Assembly: GCA_031404815.1 (NCBI GenBank)
Contig: JANNIH010000013.1
Location: 45,196-109,195 of the forward strand
DNA from: Holophagales bacterium
Lineage (GTDB): Bacteria > Acidobacteriota > Thermoanaerobaculia > Multivoradales > UBA5704
Length of the DNA: 64,000 nucleotides
Direction of reading: 5' to 3'
Under the pieces are notes generated by a model. The model saw only the letters and a program-made list of their open reading frames with translations. It was not told where the DNA came from and did not search any database. Shown here piece by piece: positions 38,054-47,042 of this stretch; positions within the stretch are counted from its first letter, which is position 1, and every line of letters starts with the position of its first letter. Made by a program: the position numbers and the translations under genes.

Positions 38054-39292
38054 TTACGCGTCGGGCGCCCCGACCAACAGCGCCATCACCGGTCCGTCGG
38101 CCGAGACCGAGGTCGCGAGCGCGAGCGCGCCGGGCCGCACGGAGATCTGTTGCACCGCAGCCGAAACGCCGCCGAGCGGGAATCCGTCGTCGGTCGCTTC
38201 GAGCCCGATGACCCCCGGTAGACGCCCGTCGGCCAAGGAAGCGATCAGACTCATCACTTGGAACACGCCAGAGGCCCCGAGAGCTTCCCCCAACCTCGAT
38301 TTGATCGCGGCGACCGGTAGATCCAACCCGTTACCCGAGCCGCTCTCAAGCCCCCGGGCGATCCCCGCGGCCTCGAACCGGTCGAGATCGCGCGCACCGC
38401 TCGCGCCGGAACCGACGCAACAGAGGTCGGCGCGCAAGGCGCCGCGATCCGCGAAAGCGGCGTCGATCGCCCGTGCGAGCGCGCCGGCCAGATCCTCGCT
38501 CCGGTCCGGCGCGAACGCCGCGCCGCTCCCCGCGATCCGCGCCAAGACCGTGGCACCACGCGCCGCCGCCACCTCGGCCGCTTCGAGCACCAGCAACCCC
38601 GCCCCTTCCGCAGGCACAAAACCGGTGCGCCGTCGGTCGAACGGAATTGAGACTCCCCCAAGGCCGGCGAGCCGCCCGGCGCGCGAATAGGCGAGCGCCG
38701 ATTCGAAGCAGAGCTCCTCCACCCCACCCGCGAGCACCACATCGGTCTGGCCGGTGCGGATCAGGTCGGCGGCGTAGGCGATCGCCTGAAGCCCGGAAGT
38801 CTCCCCGCCGCCGAGTGTCGAGTTGACTCCGGAGAAGCCGTGCCAGATCGCCGCCTGGCCGGCTGCGGCGTTGATCACACTGTTGGCGAAATCGAACGGG
38901 GAGACGTAGTTCGGTCCGAGCTTCAAGCCGCGGCGGTCGAACTCGGCGATCGTGTGCATGCTGCAGTAGGTCGTGCCGACCACCAGCGACAGCTCGCGCC
39001 CGCCGCGCGCCTCAGGGCTCCAGCCGGAATGTTCGAGCGCGCGGGTGGCCGCCGAGATCAACAGCCGCGAGGTCCGGTCGAGCGGCCGCAGGTTCCGGTC
39101 GCCCAAATAGCGTTCCGGCTCGAACGGCCGGATCTCGCCGCCCACCTGGGTCGTGAGCAGGCTCGAATCGAACAACTCGATCGGGCCGATCCCGCTCTGC
39201 CCGCCGAGCAGCGCCTCGTGCACCGCGCCCAACTCGTCGCCGAGCGGCGAAAGCAGGCCGATCCCGGTGACCACGACCGCGCGCTCAGACAC
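38054..39292 (-). CDS. Ketosynthase-like protein lacking the active-site Cys (chain-length-factor-like, KS-beta).
   Basis: Thiolase fold. Where KS-alpha has TACAAG this protein has GGETSG, with Cys replaced by Glu. Translationally coupled to KS-alpha. Confidence 0.65.
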   Translation of the reverse strand: MSERAVVVTGIGLLSPLGDELGAVHEALLGGQSGIGPIELFDSSLLTTQVGGEIRPFEPERYLGDRNLRPLDRTSRLLISAATRALEHSGWSPEARGGRELSLVVGTTYCSMHTIAEFDRRGLKLGPNYVSPFDFANSVINAAAGQAAIWHGFSGVNSTLGGGETSGLQAIAYAADLIRTGQTDVVLAGGVEELCFESALAYSRAGRLAGLGGVSIPFDRRRTGFVPAEGAGLLVLEAAEVAAARGATVLARIAGSGAAFAPDRSEDLAGALARAIDAAFADRGALRADLCCVGSGASGARDLDRFEAAGIARGLESGSGNGLDLPVAAIKSRLGEALGASGVFQVMSLIASLADGRLPGVIGLEATDDGFPLGGVSAAVQQISVRPGALALATSVSADGPVMALLVGAPDA

Positions 39293-40535
39293 GAGGCCTC
39301 CGGAAGATCACCGAGGCGTTGTTGCCGCCGAACGCGTAGGCGTTGTTCATCGCGACCGAAACCGGAATCTGGCGCGCCTGGTTCGGCACGCAATCGAGAT
39401 CGCATTCCGGATCGCTCTCCTCGAAGTTCATGGTCGGTGGGATCCACCCCTCGTGGATCGCGAGCGCACAGACCGCCGCCTCGATCGCCGACGCCGCGCC
39501 CATCGTGTGGCCGATCATCGACTTGATCGAGCTGATCGGCACCCGGGACCCGCGCCCGAACACCCGGTGCACCGCGAGCGTCTCCAGCTTGTCGTTGGTG
39601 GGCGTCCCGGTGCCGTGGGCGCTCACGTAGGAGACCTCTTCCGCGGACAGACCGCCCGCGGCGAGCGCCCGCTCCATCGCCCGCGCCGGTCCGTCCCCTT
39701 CCGGGTGCGCCGCGGTCATGTGGTGGGCGTCGCACGATAAGCCGTAGCCGGCGATCTCGGCGTAGATCCGGGCGCCGCGCGCGATCGCCCGCTCGGTCGG
39801 TTCGAGCACAATCACGCCCGCCCCTTCGCCCGGGATCATTCCCTTCCGTCCCTTGGCGAACGGACGGACGACGTCCGGCGCGATCGCGCCTAGTTTCGCG
39901 AAACCGGTGTACGTGATGCGCGAGAACGCGTCCGCCCCTCCGGCGATCATCAGATCAGCCCGGCCGGCCCGGAGCAGATCGACGGCGTGGGCGATCGCGT
40001 AGTTGCCCGCGGCGCAGGCGGTCGGGATCATCTGGTTCGGCCCCGCGAACCCGAGTTCGGAGGCGACATTGGCCGCGATCAGATGGCACGGATAGCGGCC
40101 GGCCAGCTCGCCCCCCAGCTCGCCGAGCCGGTCGCCGAGCATCAGGTTGTCCAGGTGCTCGATCTCCAGCGGCTCGCCGGAGGTCGTGCCAAACGCGACC
40201 CCGACGCGCTCCGACCGTTCGAGGGGCATGGGCGCCAAATCGACCCCTGCGTCGGCGAGCGCCAGACGGGCCGCTGCGATCGCGAGCTGGGACGCGCGCC
40301 CCATCGAATCGACCCGGAGCCGGCGGACCCAGGCGGTCGGGTCGAAATCCGGCACCTCGGCCCCCAGGTGCGCCGAGTGGCGCGAGGTGTCGAATGAAGA
40401 GACCGGCCGGAACCCCGAGCGCCCGGCCAGGAGGCCGGGCCAAACCGTTTCGTGGCCCGAACCGATCGGGGTGACCAGCCCGAGCCCGGTGACGGCGATC
40501 GCGGTCGTCCGGCGTTCTCCCGCGCTCGACCTCAC
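39285..40535 (-). CDS. Beta-ketoacyl synthase (KS-alpha) with intact Cys-His-His.
   Basis: IPTACAAGNYAIAHA active site. HGTGT and GHT..AAS motifs present. Confidence 0.8.
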   Translation of the reverse strand: MRSSAGERRTTAIAVTGLGLVTPIGSGHETVWPGLLAGRSGFRPVSSFDTSRHSAHLGAEVPDFDPTAWVRRLRVDSMGRASQLAIAAARLALADAGVDLAPMPLERSERVGVAFGTTSGEPLEIEHLDNLMLGDRLGELGGELAGRYPCHLIAANVASELGFAGPNQMIPTACAAGNYAIAHAVDLLRAGRADLMIAGGADAFSRITYTGFAKLGAIAPDVVRPFAKGRKGMIPGEGAGVIVLEPTERAIARGARIYAEIAGYGLSCDAHHMTAAHPEGDGPARAMERALAAGGLSAEEVSYVSAHGTGTPTNDKLETLAVHRVFGRGSRVPISSIKSMIGHTMGAASAIEAAVCALAIHEGWIPPTMNFEESDPECDLDCVPNQARQIPVSVAMNNAYAFGGNNASVIFRRPRV

Positions 40536-40794
40536 GCCGAGACCGGCGCCAACTCGGCGAGTCGCGTCTCGACCAGATCGACCATCTGCGGCAGGGTGGC
40601 CAGCTCCTTGTAACGCTCGTCAGGAAGATTGAGTTGGAACGAGTAATCGACATCGACGCCTATCTCGAGCAGCGACAGCGAGTCGAGCGACAAGTCGTCG
40701 CGCAGCGAATCTTCGTCGCCGATCTTCTCGCGCTTCAAGCCGGCGACGTTCGCGATGATTTCCTTGATCTTTTCGCGGATCTCGATTCTTTCCA
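40532..40794 (-). CDS. Acyl carrier protein.
   Basis: LSLDSLSLLEIGV phosphopantetheine-attachment motif. RBS AGGAGGAA. ATGA overlap with KS. Confidence 0.75.
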
Positions 40795-41016
40795 TGACTT
40801 CCTCCTGGTTGCCCGGTCGCACCCCGTTTGCCGGCGAATCCTAGGCCTCTTCCGCTCGGAAGTGAATCTTCTCTAGCGTCGGAAGGTCCTTTGAAATAAG
40901 GACTTGCGCGTCTCGTCCCCAAAATTTCACCATCCCGCCAGAGAGAGGCTCCGGGGCGGCGCGAAGCGTTACACGCACCCCGCTATCCGGGAAATCTCGG
41001 TTCAGGACCCAAGGGC

Positions 41017-41898
41017 TCAAACCAAAAGAATGAGGGCGACCCCCGCGGCCATCAACACCACCGCGACAAGTTTGCGCAACGTAATCGCCTCAGCGAACGC
41101 CAGGCGTCCGATCAGGAGTGCGAACAGATTGCCGATCGCCCGCTTGAGCGTCTCGACGACCCTCACCGACACCGTCTGGAGCGCCGCGAGCTGAGCACCG
41201 AGCGCGAGCGCGGAGACCACGAGCGCCGCCAGAAACAGCCCCGGCGACCGGCGCAGCTCGAAGAGTTGGTGGAGCTCGCGGCGCTGGGCCAAGATCAGCA
41301 GAGCCGCCAACGCGACACCAAGATTCAACACCAAGGCGTGCAGCGGCGGGTGCGAATGGGACACCGCGAGCTTGTCGAGAGGGATGGTGAGCGACCAGCA
41401 GAGGGCGGTGCCCGCCATCAGCCAGAATCCGCGCCGGGCGAGCATCGAGCGCAAGCTCCACCTCCGCCCGCCGCTCGGCGCTTGGAGGGCAAGAGCACCG
41501 ATCACCACCAGCGCGATCCCGCAGCCGTCAGACACGGACGGCCGCTCGCCGAGCAGGGGGATCGCCATCACCGAAGCGAACGCCGGGGTGAGCGAAAGGA
41601 GCGGCACCGCAACCGACAGTTCGGCCGTGCGCAGCGCTTCGAGGAACAACAGATTCGCCACCACGTTCAGGGCGACCGAGCCGAGCGCGGGAGCCCAGTA
41701 GCCCTCAGCCGTTATGAAACCACCCTGCAGGTACGCCCAGAGCGCGAACGGGGGCGCCGACGCGAGGCAGAGCGCAGCCATCAGCGGCAACGGGCCGAAC
41801 TCGCGCGACAGGAGCTTCCTCAACAGGTCGAATCCCGCCCACGAGAGCGCCGAGACCATCACGAGGGCGAGCGAGCCGGCGGCGATTCCATCCATCAT
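41017..41898 (-). CDS. EamA/DMT-family transporter.
   Basis: Ten predicted TM helices with two EamA-like halves. Confidence 0.6.
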   Translation of the reverse strand: MMDGIAAGSLALVMVSALSWAGFDLLRKLLSREFGPLPLMAALCLASAPPFALWAYLQGGFITAEGYWAPALGSVALNVVANLLFLEALRTAELSVAVPLLSLTPAFASVMAIPLLGERPSVSDGCGIALVVIGALALQAPSGGRRWSLRSMLARRGFWLMAGTALCWSLTIPLDKLAVSHSHPPLHALVLNLGVALAALLILAQRRELHQLFELRRSPGLFLAALVVSALALGAQLAALQTVSVRVVETLKRAIGNLFALLIGRLAFAEAITLRKLVAVVLMAAGVALILLV

Positions 41899-42038
41899 GA
41901 CTGCAGGGGGGCTCCTCGAAAAAGGACGTGCGACTCTACCGCGGAACCGCCCGCCGGTCGGCCACCTGGTATCGTGCGGCAGCCGTGTCCTCCACTTGCC
42001 CAGAAGCCAGAACCACCGATCCCCCGGCCATTCCCCCG

Positions 42039-42959
42039 ATGCCGTTCGTGCTCGGCGTCGGCCGCTCCGGCACCACGATGCTGCGCCTGATGCTCGACGC
42101 GCACTCCCGGCTCGCGATCCCGCCCGAGACCGGTTTTTCCGAGGAGATCGAGCGCCGCATGTCGGCGGGAGTGTCGCTCGCCGAGGCGGCGCTCGGCGCC
42201 ATCTCCGACTGCGACAACGCTCAGAGCTTTGGCCTCGCCGCGGACGACCTGGCGCGCGCGTTCGCCCACCTCCCGCCCGGCGACCGGTACGGCACCGGGG
42301 TTGGACTCGCTCTGCGCGCGTTCTACCGCCTCTATGCCGAAACCCAAGGGAAGCCGCGCGCGGGAGACAAGACGCCGATCCACACCGGCCACATCACGCG
42401 CCTCGCGCGTTACCTACCGGAGGCGCGCTTCATCCACTTGATCCGCGACGGCCGCGATGTCGCGGCGTCGATCCGCGATCTCTGGTTCGCCCCCAGCCGC
42501 GAGTTGGGCGCCTTGGCCCTTTGGTGGCGGGAAACTATCGAGGCGGCGCGGCGCCAGGCGAGCGATCTACCGGCCGGCACCTACCTCGAAGTGCGCTACG
42601 AAGAGCTGGTCGCGCATCCCGCCGCAGAACTCCAACGGATTTGCGCGTTCGCCGATCTGCCGTTCGAACCCGAGATGCTCGACTTCCACGCCCGCGCCCC
42701 GGCACGCCTCGCCGAAATGCAGACGGTTCGCGGGCAAGACGGCCGGGTGGTGATCACCGACGAGGAGCGACGCCACCAGCACCGGCTGACCACCGAGCCG
42801 CCCCGCACCGAACGGATCGGCCGCTTCCGCAGCGTCCTTACCCACCGAGAGATAGCGAAGTTCGAAGCGGAAGGCGGCACCTTTCTGCGGGACCTCGGCT
42901 ACCCGCTGGTCACCAGCTCTTGGGCGCGGCTTCGGGCGCGCATCTCCCGTTCGAGATAA
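42039..42959 (+). CDS. Sulfotransferase (Stf0-like family).
   Basis: PAPS-binding loop FVLGVGRSGTTML. RDGRDV motif. Confidence 0.65.
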   Translation: MPFVLGVGRSGTTMLRLMLDAHSRLAIPPETGFSEEIERRMSAGVSLAEAALGAISDCDNAQSFGLAADDLARAFAHLPPGDRYGTGVGLALRAFYRLYAETQGKPRAGDKTPIHTGHITRLARYLPEARFIHLIRDGRDVAASIRDLWFAPSRELGALALWWRETIEAARRQASDLPAGTYLEVRYEELVAHPAAELQRICAFADLPFEPEMLDFHARAPARLAEMQTVRGQDGRVVITDEERRHQHRLTTEPPRTERIGRFRSVLTHREIAKFEAEGGTFLRDLGYPLVTSSWARLRARISRSR

Positions 42960-44485
42960 TCGCGCAGCGGCGCAACGTGCAGCGCCTGGTCGTGCCACTC
43001 ACCGAACAGGTGCTCGAGCATGTGGTGCTCGGAGAGCTTCTCGCCGGCGCGGAAATGGCGGACCACGGGGTGGAGGAAGAAGCTCTCCTCCGCCGCTTCC
43101 GGGTCGGGACGGCGAACGACGTTGAACGGGTCACCCTCCGTTGTACCGAACTCCAGGGTGACGACGTAGCAGTCGGAGTTTCGATCCAGCGCGATCTCCC
43201 GCAGGTAGTCCACCGGCATCTCTTCGAGCCTGCGCCCTTCGATCCCTTCTTTCGGCAGCACGAAGATCTCGGCCAAGTAACCGAACATCTGCCAGAGGGC
43301 CGAAGTCTGGTTGATGCGCGTAAGAATCGCTCGCGAGAGCCCATCCGGCGTGGCGGCAAACGGCGCCACGGGCCAGGGATTCCCTTCGTAACGCTCCTCC
43401 AAGATGCGATGGAGGGCGCGGCAGTTGTAGCGGAAGCCGTGGATGAACCCGGACGTGATCTTCTTGAAGTCGCGCATCTGCATGAGGCCGCCCGCGATGT
43501 AGAGATCGGGGATGTTGACCGATTCCCAGGCGCTCGTCTGGTCCGGAAAGCGATCTTGGATCGCGAGCTTCGGCCGGCAGCTCGCATCGAAAATCGAGTC
43601 GTCGAAGCGGAAGCCGGTGCAGGCGATCACCCGGTCGTAGATCAGCGCCTCCTGCTCCTGGTGGGCGTGGGTGTAGGTGACTTTGACTTGGAACTTACCA
43701 TCCTCGCGCTTCTCGATGCACTGGATCGAACAATCGAGCACGGCGTTCTGCGATTTCAGCTGGTAGGTGTCGAGCAGGTTGTTGTTGACCGCGCGCAGGT
43801 GGCCCACATGGTGGGTGCGCCAGGCGAATTGGACCGGCCGGGGGCTCGCGATGTGGATGATCGCCGCGCGCGACACCAGATGGTCGGCGGTCTCGAAACC
43901 GGAGTTCCCTTTGCCGATGATCAACACCCGCTGGTTGCGAAACTCCTCGCGGTCGAGCGAGACATCGACATAGTTGTCCGCCAAATCGATGCCCGGAATG
44001 TCAGGAACGAAGGGGCGCGAGATGCCGGTCGCGACGATCAGCCGCCGGGCCGCGAAGGTTTCGCCCGCCGCGGTTTCGACCTGGAAGCGACCGTCGCGTG
44101 ACACCCGGGTCGCCCGCGCGCCGTAGCGGATACGCAGCGCGAAGCGCTCGGCGAACTCTTCGAGGTAGCGCACCATGAGGTCGGCGTGCGGGAAGAAGTC
44201 TAGGCTGTAGTTTTTGAACAGTAGCTCCGAGTCGTCGCTGAGCAGCGAGTTCCAGTCGAAGCGGAGGTTGACCTCCGGATCGTCGTAGCCGGTAAACACC
44301 TTGTTGTTCGAGATCAGTTGGCGATGGCGCGGAAAACGCCGGAAGAAGTCTCCGGCGCCCGCAGCCGCTTCGAGGATCAGATAGTCCCGCCCGGCGCGCT
44401 CGAGGAAGTAGCCCAGCTGAAGGCCCGCCGGGCCGGCACCAAGGATCAGATAGTCGACCAGGACGGACGCTTCGGGCTGGTTCAT
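42899..44485 (-). CDS. FAD/NAD(P)-binding oxidoreductase (flavin monooxygenase-like).
   Basis: Two Rossmann motifs: YLILGAGPAGL and VLIIGKGNSGFE. RBS GAGAGGAG. Confidence 0.65.
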   Translation of the reverse strand: MNQPEASVLVDYLILGAGPAGLQLGYFLERAGRDYLILEAAAGAGDFFRRFPRHRQLISNNKVFTGYDDPEVNLRFDWNSLLSDDSELLFKNYSLDFFPHADLMVRYLEEFAERFALRIRYGARATRVSRDGRFQVETAAGETFAARRLIVATGISRPFVPDIPGIDLADNYVDVSLDREEFRNQRVLIIGKGNSGFETADHLVSRAAIIHIASPRPVQFAWRTHHVGHLRAVNNNLLDTYQLKSQNAVLDCSIQCIEKREDGKFQVKVTYTHAHQEQEALIYDRVIACTGFRFDDSIFDASCRPKLAIQDRFPDQTSAWESVNIPDLYIAGGLMQMRDFKKITSGFIHGFRYNCRALHRILEERYEGNPWPVAPFAATPDGLSRAILTRINQTSALWQMFGYLAEIFVLPKEGIEGRRLEEMPVDYLREIALDRNSDCYVVTLEFGTTEGDPFNVVRRPDPEAAEESFFLHPVVRHFRAGEKLSEHHMLEHLFGEWHDQALHVAPLRDYLEREMRARSRAQELVTSG

Positions 44486-44632
44486 TGGAGCTCCTCTCGT
44501 TGGCTTCGGTGGAAGGTGCGGCCTCGAGTTCTCGCCCGAACATGAGACCTCCCAAAGCTGGTGGTGCTCGCGGGGGTCTCTAGGGGTCCACGTTTGGACA
44601 AGTCGGTTGGAATCGAACCGCACTCAGCGCAC

Positions 44633-45295
44633 TCAGCCAGGGAAGCGCCTGGCGAGCCAGGCCTCGACCTCCTCCGGATGGAAGCCGAACGGCCCGGTTT
44701 TCCCCTTGTAGACGAGGGTCTTTTTTTCGTCGATCACGTAGATCCGTTCCGGCCAGCCGGCGTAGGCGGCATCGGCCGGATTGGTGATGTCATCGACCAG
44801 GAGGGGAATCGGAAAGCGAAAACGGCGCACCATGTCGTTGGCGATCGCCACGCGCGCCGCCGTGCTCTTAGGCTGCGGGTAGCAGACGCCCTCTTTCTCG
44901 TTGCTCTCCATTTGCCACTCGTCGGTCGGATGGGCTTCGCGGATGTAGACCGCAACGAACGTCGCGCGGTCCCTATAGCGGCGGTACATCTGGCTCAGGC
45001 GCTCGACCGAGCGCCGGAACGGCGGTCAGGTGTAGCTGCCGAAGATAAGAACGAGCGGTCTCTCCCCCATCCGTTCGCTTAACCGAACGCGGGTGCGGCC
45101 GTCGAGCGCCAAGAGCGAGACATCCGGCGCCCGGTCGCCTATTTCAAGCGCGCCTTCCTGCCGCGTGTCGTAGCGCAGCATCCCCCAGACGTTGCTCGGA
45201 CCGATGGTGACCAACGCCCAGGTGGCGGCGCCGACCATGGCAACACCCAACACGAGGCCGGCCCAACGGAGAGTTCTCGTCAAAACGGTTTTCAT
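44633..45295 (-). CDS. Iodothyronine-deiodinase-like selenoprotein. The in-frame TGA at 45026-45028 reads as selenocysteine in the FGSYT-U-PPF active-site motif.
   Basis: The two track ORFs (45026-45295 and 44633-44989) are in the same frame. Their junction reads PLVLIFGSYT-TGA-PPFRRS...FVAVYIREAHPTDEW, which is collinear with the deiodinase FGS.TUP.F...YI.EAH..DGW core. N-terminal TM anchor. A SECIS-like hairpin sits 11 nt downstream. Confidence 0.65.
44998..45015 (-). other. SECIS-like hairpin (GGCGCUC-GGUC-GAGCGCC) beginning 11 nt 3' of the UGA.
   Basis: Perfect 7-bp GC stem with a GGUC apical loop, at the spacing bacterial SECIS elements use. Confidence 0.5.
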
Positions 45296-45491
45296 GGCGG
45301 CTCCTTCGCACCCTCGTTTCCCCGCGTGTCAACGAGTGCGGGCAAGACCCTTTTAGGCGTCCGCGCGCACTCTCTTTCAATAGGGGTGCGCGCACCGCGC
45401 ACTCGGGGGACGTTTCGGAGCGAGCCATCGAGCGCTCGGACTCAGAGTTACCCTCTCGCCTTGGACCCAAAGGGTCCGAAAGGAGTCACAG

Positions 45492-45788
45492 ATGTCTAAA
45501 CTGTCGCTCGCCTTCCTCGCCGTGCTCTTCCTCGTCGTGCCGGCAATCAGCCGAGCAGCGTCCTACTGCGAAAAAGACTTTTACAGCGACGCGACCTACA
45601 CGAACTTGGTGGGCGGCCGAACCACCAACTGCCAAGGGCAGACTTACTCCTGGGGTGTTGTGACCGCTTTTAAGCTCGGTGGCTGCGAGCCCTGCGGCGG
45701 TGCCGCGGTCTCTCTTTCGACCCAAGAGTCCGGAACGGCGAAACCGCTGGACCTCGCCCCCGCCGCCTGCCTGGCGCCGATTCGCTGA
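45492..45788 (+). CDS. Small secreted Cys-containing hypothetical protein (98 aa).
   Basis: Signal peptide MSKLSLAFLAVLFLVVPAISRAAS. RBS AAAGGAG. Confidence 0.45.
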   Translation: MSKLSLAFLAVLFLVVPAISRAASYCEKDFYSDATYTNLVGGRTTNCQGQTYSWGVVTAFKLGGCEPCGGAAVSLSTQESGTAKPLDLAPAACLAPIR

Positions 45789-45862
45789 GCCTGTGAAGAA
45801 CCAGGGGCGACGTCAACCGTGCCGTCGCCCCGACCTTCGCACTTCGTTTCTCGTTGGCCCAC

Positions 45863-46822
45863 CTACGATCCGTGCGGTTCCCCTTCCGGCACCGGGCGGA
45901 GCCGGGCGCTCTCTTTCGATTCGACCCAGGTCTTGACCAGCGTGGCGGCCAAGATCACCGCTCCTCCGGCGAGCGACCAGGCGCTCGGCTGTTCGTGGTG
46001 GACGAGCCAGGCCCAGATCGGATTGAGCACCGGTTCGAGGAAGAGCAGAAGCGATGTCTCGAACGCCGGGACATGGCGGATCGCCTTGGTCAGGAAGACG
46101 TAGGCGAAGCCGATCTGAAAAATACCCAGGTAGGAGACCACCGCGAGATCGACCCCACCGATGCGGGAGATCGGCAACGCGAGCGGCAGGCAGACCAGGC
46201 AGGCGAATGCGTTTCCCCAGAGCGTCGCCGAAGCGGGAGAACCCGCGCCCGCCACCCCACTTGCGGACTCCCCCGGGCGGCTGAGCACGCGCAGCCCCAT
46301 CACCGTGAGCGCCCAGAACAGGCCAGAGGAGAGCGCCAGGATGTTGCCCAGGAGTGGCCGCGGTGCGGTGGCCGAAGCCGGGTCGAGCCCGATGAAGAAG
46401 AGGCTTAGCCCCAAGCCCAGCAGGGCCACGAAATAGAGGTCGCGCCGCTTCACCCGCTCGTCGAGCAGCCAGGGGCCGAGCAGCAGGACGTAGAGCGGCG
46501 CGGTCGATTGAAGGAAGATCGAACTCGCCGCCGTGGTCATCTTGTTGGAGAGCACGAACAGGATCATCGTCGTCGCGTGCGCGGCCGACACCAAGAGGGT
46601 CGCTCGGGTCGGCCGTCGGCGCGCCGCCGGGAGCATCAGAAAGAGCGCCACGGTCGCGATGCCGGCGCGGAAACAGGCGACCTGCCAACCGGAGAGCGAG
46701 GCCGCTTTGATCGCGGCGCCGCCAGTTGAAAACAGGGCGGCCGCAGCGAGCACGCCGAGCCGACCGGTGAGTGCGGTTCTTTGAACGGAGGGGAGGGCGG
46801 CTTGCTGTGCGGCGAGTGACAT
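45863..46822 (-). CDS. EamA/DMT-family transporter.
   Basis: Ten TM helices. Start MSLAAQQAALPSV. Confidence 0.65.
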   Translation of the reverse strand: MSLAAQQAALPSVQRTALTGRLGVLAAAALFSTGGAAIKAASLSGWQVACFRAGIATVALFLMLPAARRRPTRATLLVSAAHATTMILFVLSNKMTTAASSIFLQSTAPLYVLLLGPWLLDERVKRRDLYFVALLGLGLSLFFIGLDPASATAPRPLLGNILALSSGLFWALTVMGLRVLSRPGESASGVAGAGSPASATLWGNAFACLVCLPLALPISRIGGVDLAVVSYLGIFQIGFAYVFLTKAIRHVPAFETSLLLFLEPVLNPIWAWLVHHEQPSAWSLAGGAVILAATLVKTWVESKESARLRPVPEGEPHGS

Positions 46823-47042
46823 CGCGCGGCATTGTATGCCGGGGCCGGCCGCGGCAAATCTGACGTTCGCTGCCACCGGCGCCGACGTGCCCGTCACCTT
46901 ATTGACTCTTGCCAATATCTAGATCGACAGGCAGAATAGGCGGCGACTCGTGGTTGATCTCGCCGTTCGTGCCACCCGGTGATGGCCTCCTGCCGGGAGA
47001 GCTTTTGGAGTCGAAATTTCTTTTTGCCGGAAGGAGACACGC

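Noticed and set aside
41714-44101. 795-aa plus-strand ORF.
   Set aside because: It overlaps the sulfotransferase in another frame and the FAD oxidoreductase antisense. It has no motifs.
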